64,000 nucleotides of DNA. It comes from Terriglobia bacterium (GTDB taxonomy: Bacteria; Acidobacteriota; Terriglobia; JAJPHL01; JAPKYU01). Under the pieces are notes generated by a model. It saw only the letters and a program-made list of their open reading frames with translations, did no database searches and was not told the origin of the DNA. This document shows positions 1 to 11,843 of this stretch, piece by piece. Made by a program: the position numbers and the translations under genes. The stretch is taken from contig CBDBKE010000003.1 of assembly GCA_965206645.1 (NCBI GenBank), positions 160,001-224,000 of the forward strand. The letters run 5' to 3'. Numbering within the stretch: position 1 is the first letter of the stretch; the number at the start of each line of letters is the position of its first letter.

Positions 1-1396
1 CGCCACTATTGGGCCGGCTTCGCGCGAACCCCGGATGCTGCGCGCGCTGCTGGAAGCAGGAATGGACGCAGCACGGCTGAACCTCGCCTTTGGGGACCAG
101 AGCGAACACGCCCGTGTCATAGGCGACCTGCGCCGCCTGTCCGTTCTACGCCAGTGCCCCGTAGCCATCATTGCGGACCTGCCGGGTGCAAAGATCCGCA
201 CGGGACGCCTTGAAAGCGGGAAGCCGGTTGTCCTCCGGACCGGACAACAATTGATGCTCACCGGTCAGGACCTTGTAGGGAACCGGGAGCGGATCGGCAT
301 CACCTATGCGCGCTTGGCGCGGGACGTCCGCCCCGGCGCCCGCATCTTGCTGGACGACGGCTCGATTGAGCTAAGAGTTCGAGAAATCCGGCGATGGGAT
401 GTCGTTTGCCGTGTGGTCAACGGAGGCGCGCTCGCTGAGCGCAAAGGCGTGAACCTACCCCACGCGACATTGCACTTTCCTTCGCTGACGGCGAAGGACA
501 AAGAGCTGGTGCGGTTCGCTCTCCAGCATGGCGTCGACTACATCGGGCAGTCGTTTGTGCGCTCAGCCCAGAATGTGCGCGATCTGAAACACTACATTCG
601 CAGGATTTGCAGGGATGGGTACGACACGCCGGTGGTGGCCAAGATTGAAAAGCCCGAAGCACTGGATGATCTGGAGGCAATCCTGGATGTGGCCGACGGG
701 GTGATGGTCGCCCGCGGCGACCTTGGCGTGGAGATGAGCCTGGAGGAGGTGCCCAATGTCCAGAGGGATATCATCACGCGCGCCAACGAGCGCCGCATCC
801 CCGTAATCACCGCGACACAGATGTTGCAGTCTATGATTGAGAACCCCCGGCCCACCCGCGCCGAGGTTGCCGATGTGGCTGCTGCCATTGTCCAAGGCAG
901 TGGTGCCGTCATGCTTTCAGGCGAGACCAGTGTCGGACACCACCCCCGTGAAGCGGTGGAGATGATGAGTAAGATTATTCGGGCAACCGAAGCCGCGGTG
1001 CCGGTCCAGCGCAACCGCCAGCGCGCCCGGAACCTGACCGAAACTATGGCGGAGACGGTCGCCGGCGCCGCCGAGCAGTATCGCATGACGGCTATCGCCG
1101 TCTTCACCGAGGGCGGCTACAGTGCCCGGCTGATTTCGAAAGCTCGTCCTGCCGCGCCGATCGTTGCCTTTTCGCCCTGCCCAGAGGTCTGCCCGCGCCT
1201 GGCGCTTCTCTGGGGGGTGCTGCCACGGCGTATTGAGCGGTTACAGGAAGTGGATCACCTCATCCAGGAAGGACTGCGGCGCTTGCTTCAGGAGAAGCTA
1301 GTCAAGAAAGGCGACACCGTCGCCTTCATTGCTGGCGTCCCACTCCACAAGGCAGGCAACACCAACTTGCTCAAGTTTTACACGGTCGGCAAGTAG
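1..1396 (+). CDS. pyk: Pyruvate kinase (5' end runs off the window)
   Basis: Frame is open from base 2 (ATIGPAS...); motifs ARLN, DLPGAKIR, AKIEK, GVMVARGDLGVE, TQMLQSM, PTRAE, MLSGET. Confidence 0.96.
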   Translation, partial: ATIGPASREPRMLRALLEAGMDAARLNLAFGDQSEHARVIGDLRRLSVLRQCPVAIIADLPGAKIRTGRLESGKPVVLRTGQQLMLTGQDLVGNRERIGITYARLARDVRPGARILLDDGSIELRVREIRRWDVVCRVVNGGALAERKGVNLPHATLHFPSLTAKDKELVRFALQHGVDYIGQSFVRSAQNVRDLKHYIRRICRDGYDTPVVAKIEKPEALDDLEAILDVADGVMVARGDLGVEMSLEEVPNVQRDIITRANERRIPVITATQMLQSMIENPRPTRAEVADVAAAIVQGSGAVMLSGETSVGHHPREAVEMMSKIIRATEAAVPVQRNRQRARNLTETMAETVAGAAEQYRMTAIAVFTEGGYSARLISKARPAAPIVAFSPCPEVCPRLALLWGVLPRRIERLQEVDHLIQEGLRRLLQEKLVKKGDTVAFIAGVPLHKAGNTNLLKFYTVGK

Positions 1397-1476
1397 GCGC
1401 AGGTAGGCAAGGATCAATGCTGTTCAGGGAAAGCAGGGCGCAGGTCATTAGGGAGCACGAACCGGACGGATTGCAA

Positions 1477-2700
1477 TCAGCCACTGAGAGAAACTGCCTG
1501 GAGGGCGCGTACTTCGCCGCTGCGAAATTCGTATTTCTCGAGCCGCGCGGTGTTGACCCCCTGCTCCACCAGGCTGGGCACATCCAGCGCGGCTTCGGCG
1601 CGGTCCAGTTCCTCGGGGCGGGCGTGCAGGGCCGGAGCGCGCGGCAGGAACAGCGGGCAGCAGTCCTGGAAGGGCTCAGAAGAGATGGCGTAGCTGCCCA
1701 GGCGCTCGGCCACTTGCAAGATTTCCAGCTTGTCCTCACCCACCAGCGGGCGGTAGACGGGCAGCGTGGCTGCCCGGTCAACAGCATGCAGGTTGTGCAG
1801 AGTTTGCGAGGCCACCTGAGCGACGCTGTCGCCGGTGATCAGGCCCAGGGCGTGCTCGCGGCGGGCCACCCGCTCGGCAATCCGCAGCATCATGCGGCGG
1901 TAGAGCAGGATGCGATAGGGCTCCGGCGCGGCGGTCACGATCTGCCGCTGGATGGGCTCGAAGGGCACCAGGTAGAGGCGCGCCGTGAACTGGTAGGGGG
2001 CTAGAAGCCGCACCAGCTCCTGCACGACAGGGGCGGAGGATTCACCCGGCCGCGACGGGAGCGCGTGGAAGTGGGTAAACACCACGTGCACGCCCCGCTT
2101 CATCATTTTGTAGGCGGCCACCGCGGAATCGTAGCCACCCGAAAGCAGGCACACCAAGCGGCCGGCGGTGTTGGCCGGCATGCCTCCTGGGCCGGGCAGC
2201 TTCTCGCCGTAGACCAGTGCGGAGGTAGCAGTGATCTCCACAAAGCAGGTGAGCCCCGGCCTGCGGAGGTTGACGCGAGCGCCGGGATGGCCGGCGGCCC
2301 GCAGGCGATCCAGCAGGTACTGCCCCACCAGACCCTCCATCTCCGAGGTGCCCAGGGGGAAGGACTTGTCGGCGCGCTTGACGCGCACGGCAAAGCTTTC
2401 AAAACCACGCCCGCCAACCTCTTCCCAGGCCGCGACGCAGATGGGTTCCGGGTCGGCCTCCACGCGCCGGGCCACCGCGAAATAGACCAGGCCAAACACA
2501 CGCCCGAGCCGCGCGACGGCAATTTCCACCGGTGCATCTTCCAGAAGGTCAACCAGGATGCGGCTGTGGGCGATGCGCGCGTGATGCGGAAGCGGCTCCA
2601 GACTCTGCCGGACGGCGATCAACAGCTTGCCCAGGAAGAAGTTGCGGTTCCCTCCCTTCAGCCACAGCTCGTGAAAGTGCAGGACCAGAGTGCGCGTCAT
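1477..2700 (-). CDS. thiI: tRNA 4-thiouridine synthase ThiI (THUMP + PP-loop, no rhodanese domain)
   Basis: ELWLKGGNR N-terminus, LLSGGYDS PP-loop, GDSVAQVASQTL, RPL motif. Confidence 0.93.
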   Translation of the reverse strand: MTRTLVLHFHELWLKGGNRNFFLGKLLIAVRQSLEPLPHHARIAHSRILVDLLEDAPVEIAVARLGRVFGLVYFAVARRVEADPEPICVAAWEEVGGRGFESFAVRVKRADKSFPLGTSEMEGLVGQYLLDRLRAAGHPGARVNLRRPGLTCFVEITATSALVYGEKLPGPGGMPANTAGRLVCLLSGGYDSAVAAYKMMKRGVHVVFTHFHALPSRPGESSAPVVQELVRLLAPYQFTARLYLVPFEPIQRQIVTAAPEPYRILLYRRMMLRIAERVARREHALGLITGDSVAQVASQTLHNLHAVDRAATLPVYRPLVGEDKLEILQVAERLGSYAISSEPFQDCCPLFLPRAPALHARPEELDRAEAALDVPSLVEQGVNTARLEKYEFRSGEVRALQAVSLSG

Positions 2701-2768
2701 CCGATTGGTCTAATTGTAGCGCACAGGGCGAAAGGAGAGTGTTGGACGATGCTATGGAGGCCGGAATC

Positions 2769-4319
2769 TTACAGGGGAATGTTGCCGTGCTTCTTCCGCG
2801 GCATGGTGTCGCGCTTGTTCTCGAGCATCCTCAGGCCCGTGATCAGCTTGGGGCGGGTGAAGCGTGGCTCGATGACGGCATCAATGTAACCGCGCTCAGC
2901 GGCAATGTAAGGATTGGCAAAGCGCTCGCGGAAATCCCGGGTTTTCTCGCCCCGCATGGCGTCTGCGTCCTGAGCTGCCTGGAGGTCGCGGCGGTAGACG
3001 ATGTTCACCGCGCCTTCCGGACCCATGACGGCGATTTCCGCCGTCGGGTAGGCGTAGTTGATGTCGGTGCGAATGTGCTTAGAGCCCATCACGCAGTAAG
3101 CCCCGCCGTAGGCTTTGCGTGTAATAACAGTCAGCTTGGGCACCGTAGCCTCGGCGAACGCGTAGAGCAGCTTGGCCCCGTGCCGGATGATTCCGCCGAA
3201 CTCCTGCTGGGTGCCCGGCAGGAATCCGGGGACGTCCACAAAGGTGAGAAGGGGAATGTTGAAGGCGTCGCAGAAGCGCACGAACCGCGCAGCCTTGACC
3301 GAGGAGCTGATGTCCAGCGTGCCGGCCAGCATCGCCGGCTGGTTCGCCACGATGCCCACCGGGCGTCCGTCCAGCCGCGCGAAGCCCACGACGATATTTT
3401 GCGCGAAGTGCTCCTGCACCTCGAAGAAGTAGCCTTCGTCCACGACCCGGTGGATGATTTCCTTGATGTCGTAAGGCACGTTGGACTCGTCCGGCACAAT
3501 GCCATCCAGCGCAGGATCGGCTCGGTCCGCCGGGTCGGTGGTGGCGCGCCGCGGCGGGTCCTCCAGGTTGTTAGAAGGCAGGAAGCTGAGCAGCTCGCGG
3601 ATCATCGAGAGGCACTCGGGATCGTCGCGCGCAATGAAATGGGCGACGCCGCTGACGGCATTGTGGGTCATGGAGCCGCCGAGCTCCTCCTTGGTTACCT
3701 GCTCGTGAGTGACGGTGCGGATCACGTCAGGCCCGGTGACGAACATGTAGCTGGTGTTCTTCACCATGACCGTGAAGTCGGTGATGGCGGGCGAATAGAC
3801 GGCGCCGCCCGCGCACGGGCCCAGAATGGCGGAAATCTGGGGGATCACGCCGCTGGACAGGGTGTTGCGCAAGAAGATATCGGCGTAGCCGGCCAGCGAC
3901 GCCACACCTTCCTGGATGCGGGCGCCGCCGGAATCGTTCAGGCCCACCACCGGCGCCCCGTTCTTCACAGCCAGGTCCATCAGCTTGCAAATCTTGGCCG
4001 CATTGGTTTCCGACAACGAGCCGCCGAATACGGTGAAGTCCTGGGCAAAGACGTACACCAGTCGCCCCTCAACGCGGCCGTAACCGGAGACGACCCCGTC
4101 GCCCAGCAGCTTTTGCGATTCCATGCCGAAGTCGGTGCAGCGGTGGGTAACCTGCTTGTCCAATTCTTCAAAGCTCCCCTCGTCCAGCAGCAGTTCGACC
4201 CGCTCGCGGGCCGACAGCTTGCCCTCGCGGTGCTGCCGCTCGATGCGTTCGGGGCCGCCGCTGGCTTCCGCCGCCGCGTGGCGCCGGCGTAATTGTTCCA
4301 GACGCTGTTCTCGGGACAT
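2769..4319 (-). CDS. pccB: Acyl-CoA (propionyl/methylmalonyl-CoA) carboxylase carboxyltransferase subunit
   Basis: [55 protein letters not shown]-terminus. Confidence 0.92.
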   Translation of the reverse strand: MSREQRLEQLRRRHAAAEASGGPERIERQHREGKLSARERVELLLDEGSFEELDKQVTHRCTDFGMESQKLLGDGVVSGYGRVEGRLVYVFAQDFTVFGGSLSETNAAKICKLMDLAVKNGAPVVGLNDSGGARIQEGVASLAGYADIFLRNTLSSGVIPQISAILGPCAGGAVYSPAITDFTVMVKNTSYMFVTGPDVIRTVTHEQVTKEELGGSMTHNAVSGVAHFIARDDPECLSMIRELLSFLPSNNLEDPPRRATTDPADRADPALDGIVPDESNVPYDIKEIIHRVVDEGYFFEVQEHFAQNIVVGFARLDGRPVGIVANQPAMLAGTLDISSSVKAARFVRFCDAFNIPLLTFVDVPGFLPGTQQEFGGIIRHGAKLLYAFAEATVPKLTVITRKAYGGAYCVMGSKHIRTDINYAYPTAEIAVMGPEGAVNIVYRRDLQAAQDADAMRGEKTRDFRERFANPYIAAERGYIDAVIEPRFTRPKLITGLRMLENKRDTMPRKKHGNIPL

Positions 4320-4519
4320 GCCGTCATTCTAGTCCAAAGTTCCATGCCGAGGGTCCAAAGTCCTTGTCCGAAGGCATTTCACTGCCTGAAGGCATTTCAA
4401 TGTTGGTTATGGGGCTTCAGACGGGAACGTGACCCCAAAGATTGTTAGGAGCCGCCGGCGTGGGTGCTATACTCGACGACGAGTTAGGCAACAAGTTACA
4501 GCAAACGCGAAGGCAACAA

Positions 4520-4846
4520 ATGGTCAAGCACTTGCAAACGGCATCGCTGATTTGTTGGGCAATTTCCGGCTGGGCCATTGCGGCTGAGCTGGACTTATTG
4601 CCCCGCCTAGGCGAGTTGGCCTGGTCTCGCTGGCAGGTCAGCTTGCTGGCTGGGCTTGCGTTCTGGAGCACCGGGGACCGTCTGGCGGATTGCCGCTGCC
4701 GCTGCTGCGGAGCTTCCGAGGTGCTTCTTCGCGGGCTGTTGACGCGGTCCCACGAGCTGCTGTGTCACCGTTGCCTGCGCTGGAATCCTTCGCTGGGCTC
4801 CCAGGCTCCGTCCCCTTCCCAAGCCTCGTTGTCCTCCGAATCTTAG
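4520..4846 (+). CDS. Small hypothetical membrane protein with Cys-rich (possible Zn-ribbon) C-terminus
   Basis: ATG at 4520 in ORF 4442..4846; two hydrophobic segments then CRCCG...CHRC. Confidence 0.45.
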   Translation: MVKHLQTASLICWAISGWAIAAELDLLPRLGELAWSRWQVSLLAGLAFWSTGDRLADCRCRCCGASEVLLRGLLTRSHELLCHRCLRWNPSLGSQAPSPSQASLSSES

Positions 4847-4965
4847 CACCGCATCTTAGGAGAGGATAAAAACCCACAGAGACTGGCGGACCTGTGCGGG
4901 CAGACCATGCTCAGTGGGGAAGCGAGGGAGGGATTGAAAGCGCGGGTCGGAGCGCAGACGCGCGA

Positions 4966-7864
4966 TCAGTCTTGTTCGGTGGGGACGCGGCGCTTCAGCT
5001 CTTCAAACCAGTTGAGCACGACGTTGATTTGCCTCGGTCGCTCCTCCTGCTCGCCTTCCTTGACCATCAGGAACCGCTGGCCGTCGGACGTGATGTCGTA
5101 ATCTGCACGCAACATGCCCTCCTGGTGCCAGTACTGTCCCTCAAACAGTAGGGTGGGGGTGCCCGCACGAAAGGTTGGCTGCGTTGTAATCTCAACGGCC
5201 ATCATCTTGTTGCCCTCGCGGTAGAACAGTTCCCTCCCGTTCTTTGCCCAGACCGGCTCATTGCCGCCTTCGGTGGAGATCTGCCTCTTGCCGCCGGGGC
5301 CGGGAAACGGCCGGACATAGACTTCGTACCGGCTGGACTCATTGGACGTATAGGCGAGCCAGTGACCGTCCGGGGAGAACACCGCCGCGCCTTCATCAAA
5401 TTGGGTTTGGAGGAACGGGCGCGGCTTGCGCTCCCCCTGCAACGGAAGAACCCAGATGTCCATGGCCGTGGTGGAATGAAGTTCATCAAAAGCCAGCACT
5501 TGCCCGTCCGGCGACCAGGATGAAGGGTATTGGGTGAGTTCGCTTTCCGTTAGCTGCTCTACCGGGCCGCTGCCGTCGGCAGGTTTCCAAAACAGATTCT
5601 CAGCTCCGCCAGCCCTGCTCGAACCAAATGCCACCCGCTTTCCATCTGGCAGCCAGCGGGGCAAATTCCCCTGTTCAAACGTCAGCCGGGTCAATGTCCC
5701 CCGGGGGATGTGGTAAATCCAGATGTCAGAGTTTCCTTCGGGCCCAATCTGGACGGCCAGCCGCTGGCCGTCGGGTGAGAGGCGGGGGGCGTCATAGCGG
5801 CGTGGAGGTAAAGCCAGGGGCTCGACCGCTCCCCGGCGATCTACCCGGACCAGCGTGCGCTCGCTTCCCCCAACACCAGCCGGGATATAGACGAGCGATC
5901 CGCTCTCAGACACGCTGAACGGTGTCTCTCCATAGCCATACATCGCGATACCCTCGAGGACGACGGCGGGCGGTCCTGTTAACTGGCGCTGGTCGAGATC
6001 AAAGGGCGCCGCCAACAGCTTGCCTGCCCATCCATAGACGAGGTGTCCGGTTGGCACATACCGAGCATGCCCGCCGCGCCCGATCAGGGTCCGCCGCTCG
6101 CCAGCTTCCAGGGAAAGCAAACCGACTGAGGAACCGCTTGTTTGCCCAACAGTAAATAGCACTGACTTGCCTCCCGGGAGGACCTGCGGCCAGGCATGAT
6201 AGCGTTCCACACCTTCGACCACACTGGCGAGCACCTCAGGTGTACCCCCGGCGGCCGAAATTCGGAACAGACCGTAGTTGCCTGCGAAAATGAGACCGTC
6301 CCCGTTCGGAGTCCAGCTTAGACCGAGATACCCGGCTGTTATTGTAGTTGCACAGGGTCTGGAGAGCGCCCCCGGAAACCGACACTTTCTTTAGCAGTCC
6401 GTCAAGTCCGCCGAAGGCGAGCCACTTCCCATCGGGAGAAAAACTACCATGGTACGCTCCCGCAGTGCCCGGAATCGGCTTGCTCTCCAGTTCGTTTAAT
6501 CGACGCACGTAGAGCTGCTGCCGGCTGCTTCCCGTGCGGGCGTTATAGGCGATCTGTGTGCCATCGGGTGAAATCCCCAGGTCCGGACTCAATTCCCAAA
6601 AAGTTTGACCCTGCGGGAGGTTAATGACCACTCGGCTGACGGGCCGCTGCGCGGGTGGACTGGCTCGCCAAGGACTCCAGAGAGCGACCCCCAGCATGAC
6701 GGCCAGCAAGCCGGCCAGCATCCACGGAATTGCTCGCCGCCATGGCGCGGGCTGTGCTTCACCGATCGCCAGTTCGGCCGCCGCCAATGCCTGCGGGGGT
6801 TCGCTGAGCGCCTCCTTGATCTCGATCCGCGCGTCCGCCATGTCATGGTGACGCCGCTTGGAGTCCTTGCGCAGGCATCTACGCAGTAGAGCTTGAATGC
6901 TCGCAGGTGTGGTCTGAGGGAGCGCCTGCCAGTCTGGCTCGCGTTCCAGGATGGCGGCAATGGTGTCCGACGCCGCGGCGCCGGCGAAGGCCCTTTGGCC
7001 AGTGAGCAGCTCATAAAGCACGCAGCCGAATGCCCAGATGTCGGCCCGCTTGTCCACAGCTCGCCCCCGGGCCTGATCCGGGCTCATGTAGCCGACAGTG
7101 CCCAGAATCACTACCGTCTCCGTGCCGGCAGCGCTCACCGTTCCGGCCTTGGAAAGATCGGCGCCCGCCGGCTGCGCCTTAGCCAGACCAAAGTCCAACA
7201 CCTTCACCTGGCCCTCCGGCGTCACCTTGACGTTGGCCGGCTTCAAGTCCCGGTGGATCACCCCCCGCTCATGGGCGGCCTCCAGCGCCTCGGCAATCTG
7301 GGCACAGACCCGCAGCGCCTCCGCAACCTCCAGCGGCCCGGCCTTCAGCCGCTCGGCCAGGGTCTCCCCCGGCACCAGCTCCAGCACTAAGAAGCGCACC
7401 CCGTCGGACTCCTCCAGCGTGTGGATGGCCCCAATGTGGGGGTGGTTCAGCGAGGCCAGCATCCGCGCCTCCCGCTCCAGGCGCGCCAGCCGCTCCGAGT
7501 CCTGCGAAAACACCTCCGGCAGGACCTTGAGGGCCACGTCGCGACCCAACTTGTGGTCATGTGCCCGGTACACTTCTCCCATCCCGCCGGCACCCAGCAG
7601 GGAAAGGATCTGGTAGGAACTGATTTGCTGGCCCAGTAGCGACCGACCTGAATCTTCTGCCATGACTTTGACGGCCACCTCCAGCGCCGGCGCTTCCAGG
7701 AAGCTCCCCGTCGCCGCCTCCTATGCCAGCGGCGACTCGACCTCCCGCCGCAGCGCCTCGTCGCCGGCGCAGACTTCTTTCAGGAACGCGGCGCGCTGGC
7801 CCTCTTCCCGCTCCAGCGCAGCGTGATAGATCTCTTCGACCTTTTGCCAACGTTCCGGCTTCAT
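4966..7864 (-). pseudogene. Ser/Thr protein kinase with TM segment and TolB/PD40 beta-propeller, disrupted by an in-frame TAG (7721-7723) and a frameshift (~6340)
   Basis: MKPERWQKVEEI start, GAGGMGEV, VALK, HRDLKPAN, DFG; xSPDG repeats; the frame after ~6340 reads AGYLGLSWTPNGDGLIF... and joins ORF 4966..6234. Confidence 0.85.
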
Positions 7865-8152
7865 CCCGTTTCTACACCGTAGCCCACCAATGACGGTGAA
7901 CATGATGGCGGCCAGCTTTCCCTGTGGAGCTTCAGCCGTGGTAGTACCCGAGAGTCTGCTCACTCATGGAGCAAGAGCCCCCTCTGGGGGGCCATGCTAC
8001 GCCTCACCCACAGGCAAGTCAACGTGGCGCCCCGGCCGGTCGCGCGACGTCGCCAAACAGGGCAACGAGGGATCAGAAGAGAAGGTCGGTTACAAAACTC
8101 GGCTACAAACTAAGGGTCGACGACCCTTGAACACAAGTCTGCAACGGCTCAT

Positions 8153-9580
8153 TCAGATGTCGTAGTAGAGGGCGAATTCATAGGGGTGCGGGCGCAGCCG
8201 GACAGCCTGGGCTTCGTTCCTCATCTTGTAGTCCACCCAGGTCTGGATCAATTCCTCGGTGAAGACGTCGCCCTTCAGCAGGAACTGGTGGTCGTTCTCC
8301 AGCGCCTTCAACGCCTCCTCCAATGAGCCGGGTAGCGCGGGGACATCGCGCAGCTCCTCGGGGGAAAGGTCGTAAATATCTTTGTCCAGGGGTTCGCCCG
8401 GATGGATCTTGTTCTCGATCCCGTCCAGGCCGGCCATGAGCATGGCCACAAAGGCCAGGTAGGGATTCGCGGAGGGGTCCGGCGGACGGAACTCAATTCG
8501 TTTGCTCTTCGGGTTGACCGAGTACATCGGGATGCGGACGGCCGCGCTGCGGTTCCGTCGGGAGTAGGCCAGATTCACCGGCGCTTCGAATCCGGGCACT
8601 CCCAACCGCTTGTAGGAATTGGTGGTGGGGGCGGCAAAGGCCACCACGGCCGGCGCGTGCTTCAGCACCCCGCCGATGTACCATAGCGCCATCTGACTGA
8701 GCCCGGCGTAGCAATCTCCGGCAAACAACGGCTTGCCGTCTTTCCACAGGCTCTGGTGGGTGTGCATGCCGCTTCCGTTGTCCTGAAACAGCGGCTTGGG
8801 CATAAACGTGGCGGTCTTCCCATACTGGTTTGCCACCTGCCGCACGATGTACTTGTAGAGCATCATGAAGTCAGCCGCCCGCACCAGGGTATTGAATTTC
8901 TGGTCAATCTCCGCCTGGCCTCCGGTAGCCACCTCGTGGTGGTGGCATTCCACTTCCAGACCGCATTTCTCCATGGTGAGGGCCATCTCGCTGCGCAGGT
9001 CCTGGTAGTGGTCGGTGGGCGCCACCGGGAAATATCCTTCCTTGTAGCGCGGGCGGTAGCCGAGGTTGTCGGCTTCGCGGCCGGAATTCCAGCGGCCTTC
9101 TTCGGCGTCAATGAAATAGAAGCCGCAGTTCTCACGCTGGTCGAAGCGAATACTGTCAAAGACAAAGAACTGGGCCTCGGCGCCGAAGTAAACTGCGTCG
9201 GCGATCCCGGTGTAGCGCAGGTAGGCTTCGGCTTTATTGGCGATGTAGCGTGGGTCGCGCTCGTAATGCTGCTTGGTGATCGGGTCAATAATGTCTCCGA
9301 TCATCACCAGCGTCGGCACGTCGGTAAACGAGTCCAGCATGTGCCAGCTTGGATCCGGGATCAGCAGCATGTCGCTTTCATGGATGGCGGCCCAGCCGCG
9401 GATGCTCGAGCCGTCAATCCCGAAGCCGTCTTCAAAACTGCGCTCACTCAGTTGCCGGATGGGGAACGAGACGTGGTGCCACAGGCCCGGCAGGTCAGTA
9501 AAGCGGATGTCCACAAACTTGACCTCGTTTTTGCGGGCGAATTGCAAGATCTCGCTGGGGTCTTTCCGCTCGACAGTCAT
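8153..9580 (-). CDS. glnA: Glutamine synthetase type I
   Basis: [47 protein letters not shown] adenylylation site; GGAGG RBS before ATG 9580. Confidence 0.96.
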   Translation of the reverse strand: MTVERKDPSEILQFARKNEVKFVDIRFTDLPGLWHHVSFPIRQLSERSFEDGFGIDGSSIRGWAAIHESDMLLIPDPSWHMLDSFTDVPTLVMIGDIIDPITKQHYERDPRYIANKAEAYLRYTGIADAVYFGAEAQFFVFDSIRFDQRENCGFYFIDAEEGRWNSGREADNLGYRPRYKEGYFPVAPTDHYQDLRSEMALTMEKCGLEVECHHHEVATGGQAEIDQKFNTLVRAADFMMLYKYIVRQVANQYGKTATFMPKPLFQDNGSGMHTHQSLWKDGKPLFAGDCYAGLSQMALWYIGGVLKHAPAVVAFAAPTTNSYKRLGVPGFEAPVNLAYSRRNRSAAVRIPMYSVNPKSKRIEFRPPDPSANPYLAFVAMLMAGLDGIENKIHPGEPLDKDIYDLSPEELRDVPALPGSLEEALKALENDHQFLLKGDVFTEELIQTWVDYKMRNEAQAVRLRPHPYEFALYYDI

Positions 9581-9703
9581 GGGAACCTCCAAGGTGTCTT
9601 ACGTCCGCGGCCTGCCAGCCAGCCTGGCTGGTCGCCTGGCCTGGGACCGAGTCGTCGCCCCCTGCACCGCACGGGCGAGTGAAGCCACAGTAGTCCACCC
9701 GCC

Positions 9704-9732
9704 ACGGTAGTTCACCTAATAGTTCAGGTCAA
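9704..9732 (-). promoter_or_regulatory. Putative sigma70 promoter of glnA
   Basis: TTGACC-N17-TACCGT on minus strand. Confidence 0.45.
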
Positions 9733-9955
9733 GCGGCGTGGAAATTGAACGATTCGATGACGGGTATCAAGAAAACCTATTGGACAAGGGGCAAAAGCAA
9801 ACCAGGCATCTCCTCTAATGAAATAGCTCTGTGAGGCGGCGGAAGGAAATGTGAAGATTCCTCGTCCGGAACCTAGTGTTACAGGTCGCCCTGGCTCCTT
9901 CCTGTGCCGCTGGGCTGTGCCGCCGGGGCCAGCGCTGGCCGATCAGCAAATTTCG

Positions 9956-9984
9956 TTGACGCTCCCAAGCGTTTCTGCTACGGT
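9956..9984 (+). promoter_or_regulatory. Putative sigma70 promoter of the arginine decarboxylase/DHS operon
   Basis: TTGACG-N17-TACGGT with extended TG. Confidence 0.5.
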
Positions 9985-10071
9985 CAGTCGCGAAAAAAAC
10001 TCCCGCTGCCAGTGGTGTGTGTGAACCGGCAGGAGGCCGAGCTTTGCACAAGGAGGAATCCTAGGGGATAG

Positions 10072-10623
10072 ATGTTCGTCGCCAAAAAGATCTTCCTCAC
10101 CAAGGGGGTCGGCAAACACCGGGAACGGCTGACCAGCTTTGAATTGGCCCTCCGCAATGCCGGCATTGCCGCCTGTAATCTTGTCCGCGTTTCCAGCATT
10201 TTCCCGCCACGATGCAAGCTGATCTCCCGCCCCAGCGGGCTGAAGTTACTGCGTCCCGGACAGGTGGTGTTTGCCGTGGTTGCGGAGAATGCTACCCGCG
10301 AAGCCCACCGGTTAGTCGCCGCCACCATTGGCCTGGCCCTGCCCGCAGACCGCAATGCCTACGGCTACCTGGCCGAACACCACTCCTTTGGGGAAACCGA
10401 GGAGGTGGCGGGCGAGTACGCCGAGGAGCTGGCGGCAGAAATGCTGGCCACCACACTGAACGTCGAGTTTGACCCGGACCGCAGTTGGGACGAGAAGAAA
10501 GAGATTTACCGCATTTCCAATAAGATCGTGCGGACCATGAACAACACCCAGTCGGCTGTGGGCGATAAGCACGGCCGCTGGTCCACGGTGATCTCCTGCG
10601 CGATTCTGCTAGGGGATGACTGA
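10072..10623 (+). CDS. pdaD: Pyruvoyl-dependent arginine decarboxylase
   Basis: [23 protein letters not shown] self-cleavage motif, YGYLAEHH. Confidence 0.88.
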   Translation: MFVAKKIFLTKGVGKHRERLTSFELALRNAGIAACNLVRVSSIFPPRCKLISRPSGLKLLRPGQVVFAVVAENATREAHRLVAATIGLALPADRNAYGYLAEHHSFGETEEVAGEYAEELAAEMLATTLNVEFDPDRSWDEKKEIYRISNKIVRTMNNTQSAVGDKHGRWSTVISCAILLGDD

Positions 10624-11731
10624 TTCTGTTCCCAAGGACCATAGAAAGGGCTCGAGCATGCACCACTCAACCGCTCTGACGGGCGCCCAGGCCCGTCCCA
10701 GCAAGAAGGAGATTTTGTCCCATCCTACCCGGCCGGTGACGGTTGATGAAGACAAGACGGTGGCCGGGCTCCTGGAGAAGATGCGGGGCTCTTCCTTCCA
10801 GGGGAGAAACCTGGCCGACGCGTTTCAGATCTGGAAGAGCATGCTTCAGGACGAATGCACCATCATGATGGGCATGAGTGGCGCCATGATCCCGGCCGGG
10901 ATGCGCCGTCTGGTGGTCTGGTTGATCCAGAACCGGGCCATTGACTGCCTGGTCTCGACCGGCGCCCAGTTTTTCCACGACATTCACGAGTCTCTGGGAC
11001 GGTTGCACTACCAGTCCTCTCCGGTGGTAGACGACGTGCTGCTGGCCGAAAACCTGGTGGACCGCATGTACGACACGCTGGCCGATGAGGCCGAGTTCCG
11101 TGAGGAAGATGAGTGGGTGGGCCAGTTCGCTTCACGGCTGGATCAGTCTCGCGCCTATACGACGCGGGAGTTTCTCTATCTGCTGGGAGAAGAGGTCGCC
11201 AAGCACGCCAAAGAGGAAGGGATGGTGACTGCCGCTTACAGAGCGGGCATCCCATTGTACTGTCCGGCGATCGCCGATTCCTCGATCGGCATTGGGATCG
11301 CCCAGAATCGCTACTTCGGCCGTAACTCCTTTATGTTTGACGTGATCCAGGACGTGGTGGAAACCTCACTGATTACCGCGCGCTCGCCCAACACCGGGGT
11401 GGTCTACTTCGGCGGCGGCACCCCCAAGAACTTCATCCAGCAGGCGGAGGTCACCGCCATCATGATCAAGAGCGATGTGAGCGGGCACAAGTACGCCCTG
11501 CAGGTGGTGACGGACGCGCCTCACTGGGGGGGGTTGTCCGGCTGCACCTTCGAGGAGGCTCAGAGTTGGGGCAAGATTGCCAAGGATGCGCGGATGGTCA
11601 GTTGTCATTGCGATGCCACCATCGGCATGCCTATGTTGGTTACGGCCCTGTCCCAGCACCCGGAGCTGTTCGAGAATCGCAGGCGGCCCTCGTTTCAGAT
11701 GGGGCGAGACTTCGACGTGCGCTTCGAGTAG
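10616..11731 (+). CDS. Deoxyhypusine synthase-like protein (probable homospermidine synthesis)
   Basis: [47 protein letters not shown] motifs. Confidence 0.88.
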   Translation: MTDSVPKDHRKGSSMHHSTALTGAQARPSKKEILSHPTRPVTVDEDKTVAGLLEKMRGSSFQGRNLADAFQIWKSMLQDECTIMMGMSGAMIPAGMRRLVVWLIQNRAIDCLVSTGAQFFHDIHESLGRLHYQSSPVVDDVLLAENLVDRMYDTLADEAEFREEDEWVGQFASRLDQSRAYTTREFLYLLGEEVAKHAKEEGMVTAAYRAGIPLYCPAIADSSIGIGIAQNRYFGRNSFMFDVIQDVVETSLITARSPNTGVVYFGGGTPKNFIQQAEVTAIMIKSDVSGHKYALQVVTDAPHWGGLSGCTFEEAQSWGKIAKDARMVSCHCDATIGMPMLVTALSQHPELFENRRRPSFQMGRDFDVRFE

Positions 11732-11843
11732 GCACAGCCGCGCACGCCCGTGGGCAATAAGGTCGCGCACCGGGTGGAAAGCCGGGTGGAAAGTTAGATG
11801 AGATCGTGCCGGCAACTATGGTTGTGCACGCGGTTTTTCGGGC

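Noticed and set aside
2532-4292. Long antisense ORFs (586 aa here; also 8756..9682, 20364..21569, 28990..30228, 41504..42604)
   Set aside because: Shadow ORFs opposite well-conserved genes, expected from high-GC codon bias; no recognisable motifs
9690-9760. glnA (glutamine) riboswitch, suggested by ATCGTTCA on the minus strand
   Set aside because: The rest of the core (CGGAAGUA...GAAGGAACG) is absent and the segment overlaps the predicted promoter
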